A DNA stretch of 64,000 bases from Escherichia coli (GTDB lineage Bacteria; Pseudomonadota; Gammaproteobacteria; Enterobacterales; Enterobacteriaceae): NCBI RefSeq assembly GCF_051903065.1, contig NZ_CP178438.1; one strand, written 5' to 3'. The notes under the pieces are model-generated. The model was given only the letters and a program-made list of their open reading frames with translations, had not been told where the DNA came from and searched no databases. The position numbers and the translations under genes were made by a program. The stretch's first letter is position 1. Every line of letters starts with the position of its first letter. Positions 35,568 through 50,766 of the stretch are shown here, in pieces.

Positions 35568-36401
35568 CTAGCGTAAATGCACGCCGCTTCGCCGTCCGGC
35601 CACCAGAATAGCCTGCGATTCAACCCCTTCTTCGATCTGTTTTGCTACCCGTTGTAGTGCCGGAAGATGCTTTTCCGCTGCCTGTTCGATGGTCATTGCG
35701 CTCGCCATATACACCAGGTTCAAACAGCCAATCACCCGTTGTTCACTGCGCAGCGGTACGGCGATAGAGGCGATCTTCTCCTCCTGATCCCAGCCGCGGT
35801 AGTTCTGTCCGTAACCCTCTTTGCGCGCGCGCGCCAGAATGGCTTGCAGCTTTAACGGTTCTCGTGCCAGTTGATAGTCATCACCGGGGCGGGAGGCTAA
35901 CATTTCGATTAATTCCTTGCGTTCTTGTTCCGGGCAAAAGGCCAGCCAGGTCAGGCCCGAGGCGGTTTTCAGAAGCGGCAAACGTCGCCCGACCATTGCC
36001 CGGTGAAAGGATAAGCGGCTGAAACGGTGGGTGGTTTCGCGTACCACCATTGCATCAACATCCAGCGTGGACACATCTGTCGGCCATACCACTTCGCGCA
36101 ACAGATCGCCCAGCAGTGGGGCCGCCAGTGCAGAAATCCACTGTTCGTCACGAAATCCTTCGCTTAATTGCCGCACTTTGATGGTCAGACGAAAACTATC
36201 ATCGGAGGGACTACGCCGGACATATCCCTCTTCCTGCAGCGTCTCCAGCAGTCGCCGCACAGTGGTGCGATGCAGGCCGCTGAGTTCCGCCAGCAGCCCG
36301 ACGCTGGCACCGCCGTCAAGTTTATTTAACATATTTAATAACATTAGACCGCGGGTTAAGCCGCGCACGGTTTTGTATTCCGTCTGCTCATTGTTCTGCA
36401 T
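35568..36401 (-). CDS. mhpR: IclR-family activator of mhp genes, 277 aa (start at MQNNEQTEY; ORF open to 36482)
   Basis: IclR-type HTH and effector domain; divergent from mhpA. Confidence 0.9.
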   Translation of the reverse strand: MQNNEQTEYKTVRGLTRGLMLLNMLNKLDGGASVGLLAELSGLHRTTVRRLLETLQEEGYVRRSPSDDSFRLTIKVRQLSEGFRDEQWISALAAPLLGDLLREVVWPTDVSTLDVDAMVVRETTHRFSRLSFHRAMVGRRLPLLKTASGLTWLAFCPEQERKELIEMLASRPGDDYQLAREPLKLQAILARARKEGYGQNYRGWDQEEKIASIAVPLRSEQRVIGCLNLVYMASAMTIEQAAEKHLPALQRVAKQIEEGVESQAILVAGRRSGVHLR

Positions 36402-36591
36402 ATTAATTGACATTTCTATAGTTAAAACAACGTTGTGCACCTGGTGCACATTCGGGCATGTTTTGATTGTAGCCGAAAACACCCTTTCTATACTGAGCGC
36501 ACAATAAAAAATAATTTACATGTTTTTAACAAAATAAGTTGCGCTGTACTGTGCGCGCAACGGCATTTTGTCCGAGTCGTGAGGTACTGAA

Positions 36592-38256
36592 ATGGCAATA
36601 CAACACCCTGACATCCAGCCTGCTGTTAACCATAGCGTTCAGGTGGCGATCGCTGGTGCCGGTCCGGTCGGGCTGATGATGGCGAACTATCTCGGCCAGA
36701 TGGGCATTGACGTGCTGGTGGTGGAGAAACTCGATAAGTTGATCGACTACCCGCGTGCGATTGGTATTGATGACGAGGCGCTGCGCACCATGCAGTCGGT
36801 CGGCCTGGTCGATAATGTTCTGCCGCATACTACGCCGTGGCACGCGATGCGTTTTCTCACCCCGAAGGGCCGCTGTTTTGCTGATATTCAGCCAATGACC
36901 GATGAATTTGGCTGGCCGCGCCGTAACGCCTTTATTCAGCCGCAGGTCGATGCGGTGATGCTGGAAGGGGTGTCGCGTTTTCCGAATGTGCGCTGCTTGT
37001 TTTCCCGCGAGCTGGAGGCCTTCAGTCAGCAAGATGACGAAGTGACCTTGCACCTGAAAACGGCAGAAGGGCAGCGGGAAATAGTCAAAGCCCAGTGGCT
37101 GGTGGCCTGTGATGGTGGGGCAAGTTTTGTCCGTCGCACCCTGAATGTGCCGTTTGAAGGTAAAACTGCGCCAAATCAGTGGATTGTGGTAGATATCGCC
37201 AACGATCCGTTAAGTACGCCGCATATCTATTTGTGTTGCGATCCGGTGCGCCCGTATGTTTCTGCCGCGCTACCTCATGCGGTACGTCGCTTTGAATTTA
37301 TGGTGATGCCAGGAGAAACCGAAGAACAGCTGCGTGAGCCGCAAAATATGCGCAAGCTGTTAAGCAAAGTGCTGCCTAATCCGGACAATGTTGAATTGAT
37401 TCGCCAGCGTGTCTACACCCACAACGCGCGACTGGCGCAACGTTTCCGTATTGATCGCGTACTGCTGGCGGGCGATGCCGCGCACATCATGCCGGTATGG
37501 CAGGGGCAGGGCTATAACAGTGGTATGCGCGACGCCTTTAACCTCGCATGGAAACTGGCGTTGGTTATCCAGGGGAAAGCCCGCGATGCGCTGCTCGATA
37601 CCTATCAACAAGAACGTCGCGATCACGCCAAAGCGATGATTGACCTGTCCGTGACGGCGGGCAACGTGCTGGCTCCGCCGAAACGCTGGCAGGGTACGTT
37701 ACGTGACGGCGTTTCCTGGCTGCTGAATTATCTGCCGCCAGTAAAACGCTACTTCCTCGAAATGCGCTTCAAGCCGATGCCGCAATATTACGGCGGTGCG
37801 CTGGTGCGTGAGGGCGAGGCGAAGCACTCTCCGGTCGGCAAGATGTTTATTCAGCCGAAAGTCACGCTGGAAAACGGCGACGTGACGCTACTCGATAACG
37901 CGATTGGCGCGAACTTCGCAGTAATTGGCTGGGGATGCAATCCACTATGGGGGATGAGCGACGAGCAAATCCAGCAGTGGCGCGCGTTGGGCACACGCTT
38001 CATTCAGGTGGTGCCGGAAGTGCAAATTCATACCGCACAGGATAACCACGACGGCGTACTACGCGTGGGGGATACGCAAGGTCGCCTGCGTAGCTGGTTC
38101 GCGCAACACAATGCTTCGCTGGTGGTGATGCGCCCGGATCGCTTTGTTGCCGCCACCGCCATTCCGCAAACTCTGGGCAAGACCCTGAATAAACTGGCGT
38201 CGGTGATGACGCTGACCCGCCCTGATGCCGACGTTTCTGTCGAAAAGGTAGCCTGA
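36592..38256 (+). CDS. mhpA: 3-(3-hydroxyphenyl)propionate hydroxylase (FAD monooxygenase), 554 aa
   Basis: FAD-binding GxGxxG ([12 protein letters not shown]); mhp operon context. Confidence 0.9.
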   Translation: MAIQHPDIQPAVNHSVQVAIAGAGPVGLMMANYLGQMGIDVLVVEKLDKLIDYPRAIGIDDEALRTMQSVGLVDNVLPHTTPWHAMRFLTPKGRCFADIQPMTDEFGWPRRNAFIQPQVDAVMLEGVSRFPNVRCLFSRELEAFSQQDDEVTLHLKTAEGQREIVKAQWLVACDGGASFVRRTLNVPFEGKTAPNQWIVVDIANDPLSTPHIYLCCDPVRPYVSAALPHAVRRFEFMVMPGETEEQLREPQNMRKLLSKVLPNPDNVELIRQRVYTHNARLAQRFRIDRVLLAGDAAHIMPVWQGQGYNSGMRDAFNLAWKLALVIQGKARDALLDTYQQERRDHAKAMIDLSVTAGNVLAPPKRWQGTLRDGVSWLLNYLPPVKRYFLEMRFKPMPQYYGGALVREGEAKHSPVGKMFIQPKVTLENGDVTLLDNAIGANFAVIGWGCNPLWGMSDEQIQQWRALGTRFIQVVPEVQIHTAQDNHDGVLRVGDTQGRLRSWFAQHNASLVVMRPDRFVAATAIPQTLGKTLNKLASVMTLTRPDADVSVEKVA

Positions 38257-38257
38257 T

Positions 38258-39202
38258 ATGCACGCTTATCTTCATTGTCTTTCCCACTCGCCGCTGGTGG
38301 GGTATGTCGACCCGGCACAAGAGGTACTCGATGAGGTCAATGGCGTGATTGCCAGCGCCCGCGAGCGTATTGCGGCTTTCTCCCCTGAACTGGTGGTGCT
38401 GTTTGCGCCAGATCACTACAACGGCTTTTTCTATGACGTGATGCCACCGTTCTGTTTAGGCGTTGGAGCGACGGCAATTGGTGATTTCGGCAGTGCGGCA
38501 GGAGAGCTGCCCGTGCCTGTGGAGCTGGCGGAGGCCTGTGCGCATGCCGTCATGAAGAGCGGGATCGATCTTGCCGTTTCTTACTGTATGCAGGTGGACC
38601 ACGGGTTCGCACAGCCGCTGGAGTTCCTGCTCGGTGGGCTGGATAAGGTGCCAGTTCTGCCTGTGTTCATCAACGGTGTCGCCACGCCGCTGCCCGGTTT
38701 CCAGCGTACCCGCATGTTGGGTGAAGCCATTGGACGTTTCACCAGCACTCTCAATAAACGCGTGCTGTTCCTGGGTTCCGGTGGGCTTTCCCATCAGCCG
38801 CCGGTGCCCGAACTGGCGAAAGCCGATGCCCATATGCGCGACCGTCTGTTGGGGAGCGGGAAAGATTTACCCGCCAGTGAGCGCGAATTGCGTCAGCAAA
38901 GGGTGATTAGCGCCGCTGAGAAGTTTGTTGAGGATCAGAGAACTCTGCATCCGCTCAACCCGATTTGGGATAACCAGTTCATGACTTTGCTGGAGCAGGG
39001 ACGCATACAGGAACTGGATGCCGTCAGTAACGAAGAGCTTTCCGCCATTGCCGGAAAGTCGACACATGAAATCAAAACCTGGGTCGCCGCTTTTGCCGCT
39101 ATTTCTGCATTTGGCAACTGGCGTAGCGAAGGGCGTTATTACCGCCCAATCCCGGAGTGGATTGCCGGATTTGGCTCGTTAAGCGCCAGAACAGAGAACT
39201 GA
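38258..39202 (+). CDS. mhpB: 2,3-dihydroxyphenylpropionate 1,2-dioxygenase (extradiol), 314 aa
   Basis: LigB-type extradiol dioxygenase size and context. Confidence 0.9.
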
Positions 39203-39219
39203 ATATGCAGGAGAAGATG

Positions 39220-40086
39220 ATGAGTTATCAGCCACAAACCGAAGCCGCCACCAGCCGTTTTCTGAATGTAGAAGAAGCGGGTAAAACGCTGCGCATCCAT
39301 TTTAATGACTGCGGACAAGGCGACGAAACCGTTGTCCTGCTGCATGGTTCCGGCCCGGGTGCTACTGGCTGGGCGAACTTCAGCCGCAATATCGATCCGC
39401 TGGTAGAGGCGGGCTATCGGGTGATCCTGCTGGATTGTCCGGGTTGGGGCAAGAGCGATTCGATCGTTAATAGTGGTTCGCGATCGGATCTTAATGCACG
39501 AATCCTGAAAAGCGTGGTGGATCAACTGGATATCGCCAAAATCCACCTGCTGGGCAACTCGATGGGTGGCCATAGTTCTGTGGCGTTCACCCTTAACTGG
39601 CCGGAGCGCGTCGGCAAACTGGTGCTGATGGGCGGCGGTACGGGCGGCATGAGTTTGTTTACGCCGATGCCAACCGAAGGTATTAAGCGACTGAATCAGC
39701 TTTATCGTCAGCCGACTATCGAAAACCTGAAGCTGATGATGGATATCTTCGTTTTTGATACCAGCGATTTGACCGACGCCCTGTTTGAAGCGCGCCTGAA
39801 TAATATGCTGTCGCGCCGCGATCACCTGGAAAATTTCGTTAAGAGCCTGGAAACTAATCCGAAACAGTTCCCGGATTTTGGCCCACGTCTGGCGGAAATC
39901 AAAGCGCAAACCCTGATTGTCTGGGGGCGCAACGACCGCTTTGTGCCGATGGATGCGGGTCTGCGTCTGCTGTCCGGCATTGCCGGTTCTGAACTGCATA
40001 TCTTCCGCGACTGTGGTCACTGGGCGCAGTGGGAACATGCCGACGCTTTCAATCAACTGGTGCTGAATTTCCTCGCACGTGCTTAA
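39220..40086 (+). CDS. mhpC: meta-cleavage product hydrolase (alpha/beta hydrolase), 288 aa (ORF open from 39157)
   Basis: GNSMGG nucleophile elbow (GxSxG). Confidence 0.9.
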   Translation: MSYQPQTEAATSRFLNVEEAGKTLRIHFNDCGQGDETVVLLHGSGPGATGWANFSRNIDPLVEAGYRVILLDCPGWGKSDSIVNSGSRSDLNARILKSVVDQLDIAKIHLLGNSMGGHSSVAFTLNWPERVGKLVLMGGGTGGMSLFTPMPTEGIKRLNQLYRQPTIENLKLMMDIFVFDTSDLTDALFEARLNNMLSRRDHLENFVKSLETNPKQFPDFGPRLAEIKAQTLIVWGRNDRFVPMDAGLRLLSGIAGSELHIFRDCGHWAQWEHADAFNQLVLNFLARA

Positions 40087-41848
<1,762 letters not shown>

Positions 41849-41852
<4 letters not shown>

Positions 41853-42862
41853 ACGGTAAAAAACTTTATATCTCGGACGTCACGTTGCGTGACGGTATGC
41901 ACGCCATTCGTCATCAGTATTCGCTGGAAAACGTTCGCCAGATTGCCAAAGCACTGGACGATGCCCGCGTGGATTCGATTGAAGTGGCCCATGGCGACGG
42001 TTTGCAGGGGTCCAGCTTTAACTATGGTTTCGGCGCACATAGCGACCTTGAATGGATTGAAGCAGCGGCGGATGTGGTGAAGCACGCCAAAATCGCGACG
42101 TTGTTGCTGCCAGGAATCGGCACTATTCACGATCTGAAAAATGCCTGGCAGGCTGGCGCGCGGGTGGTTCGTGTGGCAACGCACTGTACCGAAGCTGATG
42201 TTTCCGCCCAGCATATTCAGTATGCCCGCGAGCTCGGAATGGACACCGTTGGTTTTCTGATGATGAGCCATATGACCACGCCGGAGAATCTCGCCAAGCA
42301 GGCAAAGCTGATGGAAGGCTACGGTGCGACCTGCATTTATGTGGTGGATTCTGGCGGTGCGATGAACATGAGCGATATCCGTGACCGTTTCCGCGCCCTG
42401 AAAGCAGTGCTGAAACCAGAAACGCAAACCGGCATGCACGCTCACCATAACCTGAGTCTTGGCGTGGCGAACTCTATCGCGGCGGTGGAAGAGGGCTGCG
42501 ACCGAATCGACGCCAGCCTCGCGGGAATGGGCGCGGGCGCAGGTAACGCGCCGCTGGAAGTATTTATTGCCGCCGTGGATAAACTGGGTTGGCAGCATGG
42601 GGCCGATCTCTATGCGTTAATGGATGCCGCTGACGACCTGGTGCGTCCGTTGCAGGATCGACCGGTACGAGTCGATCGCGAAACGCTGGCGCTGGGATAC
42701 GCTGGTGTTTACTCCAGCTTCCTGCGTCACTGTGAAACGGCGGCGGCGCGTTATGGCTTAAGCGCGGTGGATATTCTCGTTGAGCTGGGCAAACGCCGGA
42801 TGGTTGGCGGCCAGGAGGATATGATCGTCGACGTGGCGCTGGATCTGCGCAACAACAAATAA
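41849..42862 (+). CDS. mhpE: 4-hydroxy-2-oxovalerate aldolase, 337 aa
   Basis: DRE-TIM aldolase N-terminus ([13 protein letters not shown]). Confidence 0.9.
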
Positions 42863-42904
42863 TGATGACTGCCGAGAACGTGCATTTTGTATACCCATCC
42901 CAGC

Positions 42905-43060
42905 ACGACTGCCGGATGCGGCGTGAACGCCTTATCCGGCCTACGGGTGGCGTGAGAATTTGTAGGCCTGATAAGACGCGCAAGCGTCGCATCAGGCATC
43001 TGCACACGACTGCCGGATGCGGTAAACGTCTTGTCCGGCCTACATTTCGCCCGTAGGCAG
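42905..43060. repeat. REP/BIME cluster
   Basis: GCCGGATGCGGCGTGAACGCCTTATCCGGCCTAC ... GTAGGCCTGATAAGACGCGCAAGCGTCGCATCAGGCA ... GCCGGATGCGG. Confidence 0.85.
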
Positions 43061-43136
43061 TCATTAAATAGTTCTGATTACGCGGCTGGCAATGTATCAG
43101 TCGCGATTCACCTGCACTCGCAACGAGGTTCATCTT

Positions 43137-44348
43137 ATGTCGACTCGTACCCCTTCATCATCTTCATCCCGCCTGATGCTGACTATCGGGCTTTGTTTTT
43201 TGGTCGCTCTGATGGAAGGGCTGGATCTTCAGGCGGCTGGCATTGCGGCGGGTGGCATCGCCCAGGCTTTCGCACTCGATAAAATGCAAATGGGCTGGAT
43301 ATTCAGCGCCGGAATACTCGGTTTGCTACCCGGCGCGTTGGTTGGCGGAATGCTGGCGGACCGTTATGGTCGCAAGCGCATTTTGATTGACTCAGTTGCG
43401 CTGTTTGGTTTGTTCTCGCTGGCAACGGCGATTGCCTGGGATTTCCCCTCACTGGTCTTTGCGCGGCTGATGACCGGTGTCGGGCTGGGGGCGGCGTTGC
43501 CGAATCTTATCGCCCTGACGTCTGAAGCCGCGGGTCCACGTTTTCGTGGGACGGCAGTGAGCCTGATGTATTGCGGTGTTCCCATTGGCGCGGCGCTGGC
43601 GGCGACACTGGGTTTCGCGGGGGCAAACTTAGCATGGCAAACGGTGTTTTGGGTAGGTGGTGTGGTGCCGTTGATTCTGGTGCCGCTATTAATGCGCTGG
43701 CTGCCGGAGTCGGCGGTTTTCGCTGGCGAAAAACAGGCTGCGCCACCACTGCGTGCGTTATTTGCGCCAGAAACGGCAACCGCGACGCTGCTGCTGTGGT
43801 TGTGTTATTTCTTCACTCTGCTGGTGGTTTACATGTTGATCAACTGGCTACCGCTGCTTTTGGTGGAGCAAGGATTCCAGCCATCGCAGGCGGCAGGGGT
43901 GATGTTTGCACTGCAAATGGGGGCGGCAAGCGGGACGTTAATGTTGGGCGCATTGATGGATAAGCTGCGTCCAGTAACCATGTCGCTACTGATTTATAGC
44001 GGCATGTTAGCTTCGCTGCTGGCGCTTGGAACGGTGTCGTCATTTAACGGTATGTTGCTGGCGGGATTTGTCGCGGGGTTGTTTGCGACAGGTGGGCAAA
44101 GCGTTTTGTATGCCCTGGCACCGTTGTTTTACAGTTCGCAGATCCGCGCAACAGGTGTGGGAACAGCCGTGGCGGTAGGGCGTCTGGGGGCTATGAGCGG
44201 TCCGTTACTGGCCGGGAAAATGCTGGCATTAGGCACTGGCACGGTCGGCGTAATGGCCGCTTCTGCACCGGGTATTCTTGTTGCTGGGTTGGCGGTGTTT
44301 ATTTTGATGAGTCGGAGATCAAGAATGCAGCCGTGTGCCGATGCCTGA
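43137..44348 (+). CDS. mhpT: MFS 3-hydroxyphenylpropionate transporter, 403 aa (ORF open from 43092)
   Basis: 12-TM MFS; start at MSTRTPSSSSSRLM. Confidence 0.85.
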   Translation: MSTRTPSSSSSRLMLTIGLCFLVALMEGLDLQAAGIAAGGIAQAFALDKMQMGWIFSAGILGLLPGALVGGMLADRYGRKRILIDSVALFGLFSLATAIAWDFPSLVFARLMTGVGLGAALPNLIALTSEAAGPRFRGTAVSLMYCGVPIGAALAATLGFAGANLAWQTVFWVGGVVPLILVPLLMRWLPESAVFAGEKQAAPPLRALFAPETATATLLLWLCYFFTLLVVYMLINWLPLLLVEQGFQPSQAAGVMFALQMGAASGTLMLGALMDKLRPVTMSLLIYSGMLASLLALGTVSSFNGMLLAGFVAGLFATGGQSVLYALAPLFYSSQIRATGVGTAVAVGRLGAMSGPLLAGKMLALGTGTVGVMAASAPGILVAGLAVFILMSRRSRMQPCADA

Positions 44349-44449
44349 CGCGCCTTATTAAGCAGGGGCGAAAGGGACTTGCCCCCAATACACCCACGGC
44401 GTTTACAGGTATACTCGCTAAAAATTATTCAGCGGGTTTGGAAACAAAG

Positions 44450-44989
44450 ATGGCAAAACTTACCTTACAAGAGCAGTTGCTCAAAGCAGGATTAGTCACC
44501 AGCAAAAAAGCGGCGAAGGTCGAGAGAACGGCGAAAAAATCGCGCGTTCAGGCGCGTGAAGCTCGGGCTGCGGTAGAAGAAAATAAAAAGGCACAGCTTG
44601 AGCGTGATAAACAGCTTAGCGAACAGCAAAAACAAGCGGTGTTGGCAAAAGAATATAAAGCTCAGGTGAAGCAGCTTATTGAAATGAACCGGATCACCAT
44701 TGCCAATGGCGATATTGGTTTTAACTTCACTGATGGCAATCTGATTAAGAAGATTTTTGTCGATAAGCTCACACAAGCGCAGTTGATTAATGGTCGTCTG
44801 GCGATTGCCCGCTTGTTGGTCGATAACAATAGCGAAGGTGAATACGCCATTATTCCCGCCAGCGTTGCCGATAAAATTGCTCAGCGTGATGCCAGCAGTA
44901 TTGTGTTGCACAGCGCGCTCAGTGCCGAAGAGCAGGATGAAGACGATCCGTATGCCGACTTCAAAGTGCCTGATGATTTGATGTGGTAA
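44450..44989 (+). CDS. yaiL: DUF2058-type Lys/Glu-rich protein, 179 aa (ATG at 44450)
   Basis: MAKLTLQEQLLKAGLV N-terminus; charged coiled-coil-like region. Confidence 0.8.
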   Translation: MAKLTLQEQLLKAGLVTSKKAAKVERTAKKSRVQAREARAAVEENKKAQLERDKQLSEQQKQAVLAKEYKAQVKQLIEMNRITIANGDIGFNFTDGNLIKKIFVDKLTQAQLINGRLAIARLLVDNNSEGEYAIIPASVADKIAQRDASSIVLHSALSAEEQDEDDPYADFKVPDDLMW

Positions 44990-45007
44990 ACATAGATAAG
45001 TCGTGCG

Positions 45008-45112
45008 CAGATGCCTGATGCGACGCTATGCGCGTCTTATCATGCCTACGGCCTGCTACGGTTTATGGGCGAAGTGTAGGCCGGATAAGGCGTTCACGCC
45101 GCATCCGGCAGT
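45008..45112. repeat. REP pair
   Basis: GATGCCTGATGCGACGC ... GTCTTATCATGCCTAC ... GTAGGCCGGATAAGGCGTTCACGCCGCATCCGGCA. Confidence 0.85.
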
Positions 45113-45124
45113 CGTGCACTATTA

Positions 45125-45958
45125 TCAACGCATATTCAGTTTATTGGCGTGGTAGGCAATATGCTCGCCAATAAAACTGGAGACAAAATAATAGCTGTGG
45201 TCGTAACCCTCGTGATAACGGATTAACGTCTTGATATTCATCTCCTGGCAGATCTTTTCAAGATTTTGAGTCCGCAGCTGTTCTGCGTAAAAATCATCAC
45301 TCAACCCCTGATCAACCATGATTTCCGCAACGCGTTGACCTTGTGAAATAAGACTCACCGGATCGTAATCCAACCAGGCCTCTTTATTTTCACCAAGATA
45401 TGCGGCAAAGGCTTGCTGTCCCCACGGTACTTGCGATGGGGAGACAATGGGCGAAAACGCCGAGACGCTGACATATTCATCTGGGTTACGTAACGCCAGC
45501 ACCAGCGCGCCCAGCCCGCCCATAGAATGACCTGAGATAGACTTTCTGGTCGTTGCCGGAAAATGTTGCATCACTAAATCCGGCAGCTCGTTGCGGATAT
45601 AGTCATACATTTTGTAATGTTCATTCCACGGCGCTTGCGTCGCGTTCAGGTAAAACCCGGCACCTTGCCCGAGATCGTAACGGTCGGCATCTGCGACATG
45701 ACTGCCTCGCGGACTGGTGTCCGGCGCAACAATAATAATGTTGTGCTCAGCCGCGTAACGCTGCATCCCCGATTTAGTAATGAAATTCTGCTCATTGCAG
45801 GTCAGGCCCGAAAGCCAGTACAGCACCGGTAATTTTTCACCTGCAGCTTTTGGTGGGAGATAGACGGCGACATTCATTTCACATTTCAGTGATGCGGAAT
45901 AATGCCGATACACATTTTGCCAGCCGCCAAAGCTGGCATGTTTTTCAATGAGTTCCAT
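45125..45958 (-). CDS. frmB: S-formylglutathione hydrolase, 277 aa
   Basis: Esterase D-family, GHSMGG nucleophile motif. Confidence 0.9.
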   Translation of the reverse strand: MELIEKHASFGGWQNVYRHYSASLKCEMNVAVYLPPKAAGEKLPVLYWLSGLTCNEQNFITKSGMQRYAAEHNIIIVAPDTSPRGSHVADADRYDLGQGAGFYLNATQAPWNEHYKMYDYIRNELPDLVMQHFPATTRKSISGHSMGGLGALVLALRNPDEYVSVSAFSPIVSPSQVPWGQQAFAAYLGENKEAWLDYDPVSLISQGQRVAEIMVDQGLSDDFYAEQLRTQNLEKICQEMNIKTLIRYHEGYDHSYYFVSSFIGEHIAYHANKLNMR

Positions 45959-46050
45959 CAGTCATTATCTCACGGTTAATCCCCCGGACGGCTGCCCGGG
46001 GAGAGTATTAAGAACCCCGTCTGAAGTGGACGGGGTAAACCAGCGGGAAA

Positions 46051-47190
<1,140 letters not shown>

Positions 47191-47194
47191 TCAG

Positions 47195-47470
47195 CTATTT
47201 AAGATAGGCACGAACCAGTTCAATAGTGTCGTCAACGGATTGGCTGACTTCGCGGCTGTAGCAGTCATTTCGGTCAAACGTTTCCCGGATATGGCTTTCA
47301 AGCACTTCAGCCATCAGCCCGTTAGCCGCGCCCCGAACGGCAGCAATCTGTTGGAGTATGGCACGGCATTCGGCATCACCCTCCAGCGACCGTTCCAGAG
47401 CATCAATCTGCCCCCGAATACGACGAACTCGAGTAAGGACCTTTTTCTTCTCTTCCGGAGTACTGGGCAT
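47195..47470 (-). CDS. frmR: formaldehyde-responsive CsoR/RcnR-family repressor, 91 aa (ORF open to 47491)
   Basis: Small all-helical repressor preceding frmAB; start at [10 protein letters not shown]. Confidence 0.9.
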
Positions 47471-47496
47471 TTCGCACCTCATCATCTGCACGCAAT

Positions 47497-47545
47497 ATAC
47501 TATAGGGGGGTATGCTATATGTCAATGCATACCCCCCTATAGTAT
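47497..47545. promoter_or_regulatory. frmRAB operator: long palindrome with G6/C6 tracts
   Basis: ATACTATAGGGGGGTATGC-tatatgtcaat-GCATACCCCCCTATAGTAT immediately upstream of frmR; G/C-tract flanked by AT-rich inverted repeats is typical of RcnR/CsoR-family operators. Confidence 0.75.
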
Positions 47546-47629
47546 ATAACACTGGAGAATAATTGTTGTCCGAAGCCTAACCAGGTGAACGGTCCCTCAA
47601 GACAGATGGGGACCGTTTATGTGCTATTT

Positions 47630-48676
47630 TTATGCCGCATCCGCTAAAACAAACATCCCGTAAGGATGGATTTCGAGGTAATAGTGCTCACCAATATCGG
47701 GCTGTAAACGGGTGGCGTTTACTTGTAATAAAATCTCCTGTCCATGCCACTCTACGGTCACTTCGTACTGCGGCCCCATGTAGGCGACATGGCGAATAAC
47801 ACAACGCTGACTCTCTTCGCCGTGATTGCTTAAGGTGATGGCTTCCGGGCGAACGCCGACGGTGCCGCTACCTTGCGCCGGGAAATGCGCCGCGCGCGGC
47901 AGGCGATAACCGTAGATATCGACATACTCTTCGCTAAAGTTCGCCGGGAACAGGTTGGCGTCGCCCATAAAACTTGCCATAAATCGGGAGGCTGGCTGAC
48001 GATAGAGATCCTGCGGTGAGCCAATCTGCATGATGTGACCTTTATTCATCACCAACACAGTGTCGGACACCGCGAAAGCTTCACTTTGATCGTGAGTGAC
48101 GTAGAGCGACGTGATATTAAACTGCTTTTGCAGCTCGCGGATCTTATCGCGCATACTGCGGCGCAGGTTGGCATCGAGGTTACTTAACGGCTCATCAAAC
48201 AGCAGCACCTTTGGCTTGAGGATCAACGCGCGGGCCAGTGCCACACGCTGTTGCTGACCACCGGAAATCTGATCGACATAGCGGTCCTCGAAGCCTTCCA
48301 GATCCACCATTGCCAGCGCCTCCTTCACCCGCTGTTTCACTTCGCTACGCGAGACGCCAAGCATCTTCAGCCCGTAGCCAACGTTTTCACCCAGCGACAT
48401 ATGCGGGAACAGAGCGTATGACTGAAACACCATGCAGATATCGCGCTGTTGAATGGAACGATGCGTGACATCTTCGCCATCAATAAAAATTTGCCCTTCG
48501 CTCGGTTTTTCCAGCCCGGCAACCAGACGCAAAATGGTGGTTTTGCCACAGCCGGAAGGACCGAGCAGCGTCACCATTTGCCCTTGTGGAATGGTGAGAT
48601 TGATATTGTCGATAACCGTATTACTGCCGAATCGTTTAGTGACGTTGCGCAGTTCAACAAAATTTTTCTGACTCAT
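47630..48676 (-). CDS. afuC: ABC transporter ATP-binding subunit (AfuC-type), about 348 aa (ORF open to 48688)
   Basis: Walker [10 protein letters not shown], signature [15 protein letters not shown], Walker [12 protein letters not shown]; GGAG Shine-Dalgarno before the ATG at 48676. Confidence 0.8.
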   Translation of the reverse strand: MSQKNFVELRNVTKRFGSNTVIDNINLTIPQGQMVTLLGPSGCGKTTILRLVAGLEKPSEGQIFIDGEDVTHRSIQQRDICMVFQSYALFPHMSLGENVGYGLKMLGVSRSEVKQRVKEALAMVDLEGFEDRYVDQISGGQQQRVALARALILKPKVLLFDEPLSNLDANLRRSMRDKIRELQKQFNITSLYVTHDQSEAFAVSDTVLVMNKGHIMQIGSPQDLYRQPASRFMASFMGDANLFPANFSEEYVDIYGYRLPRAAHFPAQGSGTVGVRPEAITLSNHGEESQRCVIRHVAYMGPQYEVTVEWHGQEILLQVNATRLQPDIGEHYYLEIHPYGMFVLADAA

Positions 48677-48687
48677 AGTGCGCTCCA

Positions 48688-50766
48688 TTACGCCTGGTTT
48701 TTGGCTTTAGAACGGGAGATACGAGCTTCTCCGATCAGCCAGTCAAAGAGGAAAATAATCGCCAGCATCACCACGATCAGAATCGAACCATAGGCGATGG
48801 CTACGCCATATTCGCCGTCTTCAACGCGGTTAAGAATGTAGGCGGTTGCCACGCGGGTGTCCGGCGTGACGAGAAAGACGATGGCGCTGACCGTCGTGAT
48901 GGCCCGCACAAAGCTGTAGATCAGGGCCGAGAGAATGGCCGGACGCAGCAGTGGCAGTAAAATGTGGGTTATGGTTCGCAAGGAACCTGCGCGCAGGCTG
49001 AGTGAGGCTTCATCCAGCGATTTGTCGATCTGCCCCAGGCCTGCAATCCCGGCGCGAATACCCACCGGAACGTTACGCATCACCATCGAGATAATCACAA
49101 TTGCCGCCGTTCCGGTGAGATAAACCGGAGCGCTGTTAAAGGCAAGAATATACGAAACGCCCGCCACCGTACCCGGTACGGCAAAGCACAGCATGGTGGT
49201 GAACTCGATGGTCTTTTTGCCTTTGAATTGTTGACGCACCACCACCCAGGCGATGAGCAGGCCAAAGATAGCGGTAATGGGAGCGGCAATCCCGGCGTAG
49301 AGCAGGGTATCCAGCAGTGAAGGCCACGCGCCGTCGCTCATTCCCTGACCAAATAGCTTGATAAAGTTATCCAGCGTCAGGGTGTAGTCCACGCCCCAGT
49401 TCACCGTGAAGCTGCCGTAGAAAATGCTGCCGTAGAGCAGGGCGTTAAAGGCAATCCATATCGCAAGTATGGCGACCACGCTCCACACCAGGGTGACCGG
49501 TAGCGGCTGGACGTCGCCACGGTAGGATTTGCCGGAAACCGTGACGTAAGAGCGTTTACCAATCCACATATACTGGATGCAGAACACCAGCAGCGAGAAC
49601 AGCAGCAGGAAAGCGCCAAGGGTGCTGGCGGCCTGATAATCCAGCTGCGAGCCGGTAATATAGAAGTAAATTTGCGTCGCCAGTACGTCGAAGTTACCGC
49701 CAAGTACCAGCGGGTTACTGAAATCAGCCAGTGACTGTACCACGACGATTAAAAAGGCATTGGCGAGTGCGGGCTTCAACAACGGCACAAACACGCCGTT
49801 AAAGGTTTGCCAGCGGCTGGCGCGCAGGGTGTAGGAGGCCTCTTCCAGCGAGGGATGAATGGTTTTAATGGCCCCGTCGAGGATCATAAATGCCATTGGC
49901 GTGAATGCCAGAACCTGTGCCAGCCAGATCCCGGTAAAACCGTACAGCCAGTTGGTGTTGGTCAGCCCAAACCACTCCACCATAAATTCCGTAACATAGC
50001 CGGAGCGCCCCATCATGAGCGTCACGCCTAAGCCGACCACAAACGGTGGCGTAACGATGGGCAAAATGGAAAAGATGCGACCAATAATGGCGCTGCGTTT
50101 AGCGATGCGCGTGGTATAAATCGCCAGCACCAGGCCGAAGAAAGTACAGCCTATCCCCACCGCTATCGACAAGACGATAGAGTTGACGATCACCTGAACA
50201 ATATGTGCCTGCGAGAGCACGGTCATAAACGCCAGCGGGGCGAACTCTCCCGCGTCGTTGGTGAACATCGGGATAAAAATGGCGATGCTCGGCCAGACGA
50301 TAAAAATGCCAATCAGCGCCACAATCGCAATCAGTGAGCCGATCACGAAGCGGTCGCCACCCAGCCATTCGAGGCGGGTTAAGGCCAGCGTCATAATCGC
50401 GCCTAGTTCGACAAACAGCACGATGGCGGCGTAGCCTAAACCGCGTCCAACCACGGTGGCGCTGATGACGATAAACGCCATACAGAGCAATGCCCAGCCG
50501 GCATCGAAATAATGACGGCTACGTTGTTCGCGCGTGGCCTCACTAAACGGGCGGACCAGCAACAGGCTCGGGAGTAAATACCACAGCCAGCTGATATTAA
50601 AATGCGACCAGCCATAAGCCTCGAGGATCTCATCACTCGTGGACTCCAGCAGGCCATAATCGAGGCTCCAGCTCGGCAACAGTATAAATGCCAGCCAGCC
50701 CAGCAAAACCCAAAGGAAAATCGCATCCCGCTTTTTCACGGGATGGAGTGCAAGTGTCTGTGACAT
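48688..50766 (-). CDS. afuB: ABC transporter permease with duplicated membrane domain (AfuB-type), about 692 aa (ORF track starts at a TTG at 50817)
   Basis: Very hydrophobic roughly 700-aa protein with two permease halves; stop overlaps afuC start. Confidence 0.75.
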   Translation of the reverse strand: MSQTLALHPVKKRDAIFLWVLLGWLAFILLPSWSLDYGLLESTSDEILEAYGWSHFNISWLWYLLPSLLLVRPFSEATREQRSRHYFDAGWALLCMAFIVISATVVGRGLGYAAIVLFVELGAIMTLALTRLEWLGGDRFVIGSLIAIVALIGIFIVWPSIAIFIPMFTNDAGEFAPLAFMTVLSQAHIVQVIVNSIVLSIAVGIGCTFFGLVLAIYTTRIAKRSAIIGRIFSILPIVTPPFVVGLGVTLMMGRSGYVTEFMVEWFGLTNTNWLYGFTGIWLAQVLAFTPMAFMILDGAIKTIHPSLEEASYTLRASRWQTFNGVFVPLLKPALANAFLIVVVQSLADFSNPLVLGGNFDVLATQIYFYITGSQLDYQAASTLGAFLLLFSLLVFCIQYMWIGKRSYVTVSGKSYRGDVQPLPVTLVWSVVAILAIWIAFNALLYGSIFYGSFTVNWGVDYTLTLDNFIKLFGQGMSDGAWPSLLDTLLYAGIAAPITAIFGLLIAWVVVRQQFKGKKTIEFTTMLCFAVPGTVAGVSYILAFNSAPVYLTGTAAIVIISMVMRNVPVGIRAGIAGLGQIDKSLDEASLSLRAGSLRTITHILLPLLRPAILSALIYSFVRAITTVSAIVFLVTPDTRVATAYILNRVEDGEYGVAIAYGSILIVVMLAIIFLFDWLIGEARISRSKAKNQA

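Noticed and set aside
47589-47617. Stem-loop AACGGTCCC...GGGACCGTT just downstream of afuC as an intrinsic terminator
   Set aside because: On the afuC (minus) transcript the hairpin is not followed by a U-tract; the T-run lies on the plus strand where no gene ends. Kept only as a possible island-boundary structure.
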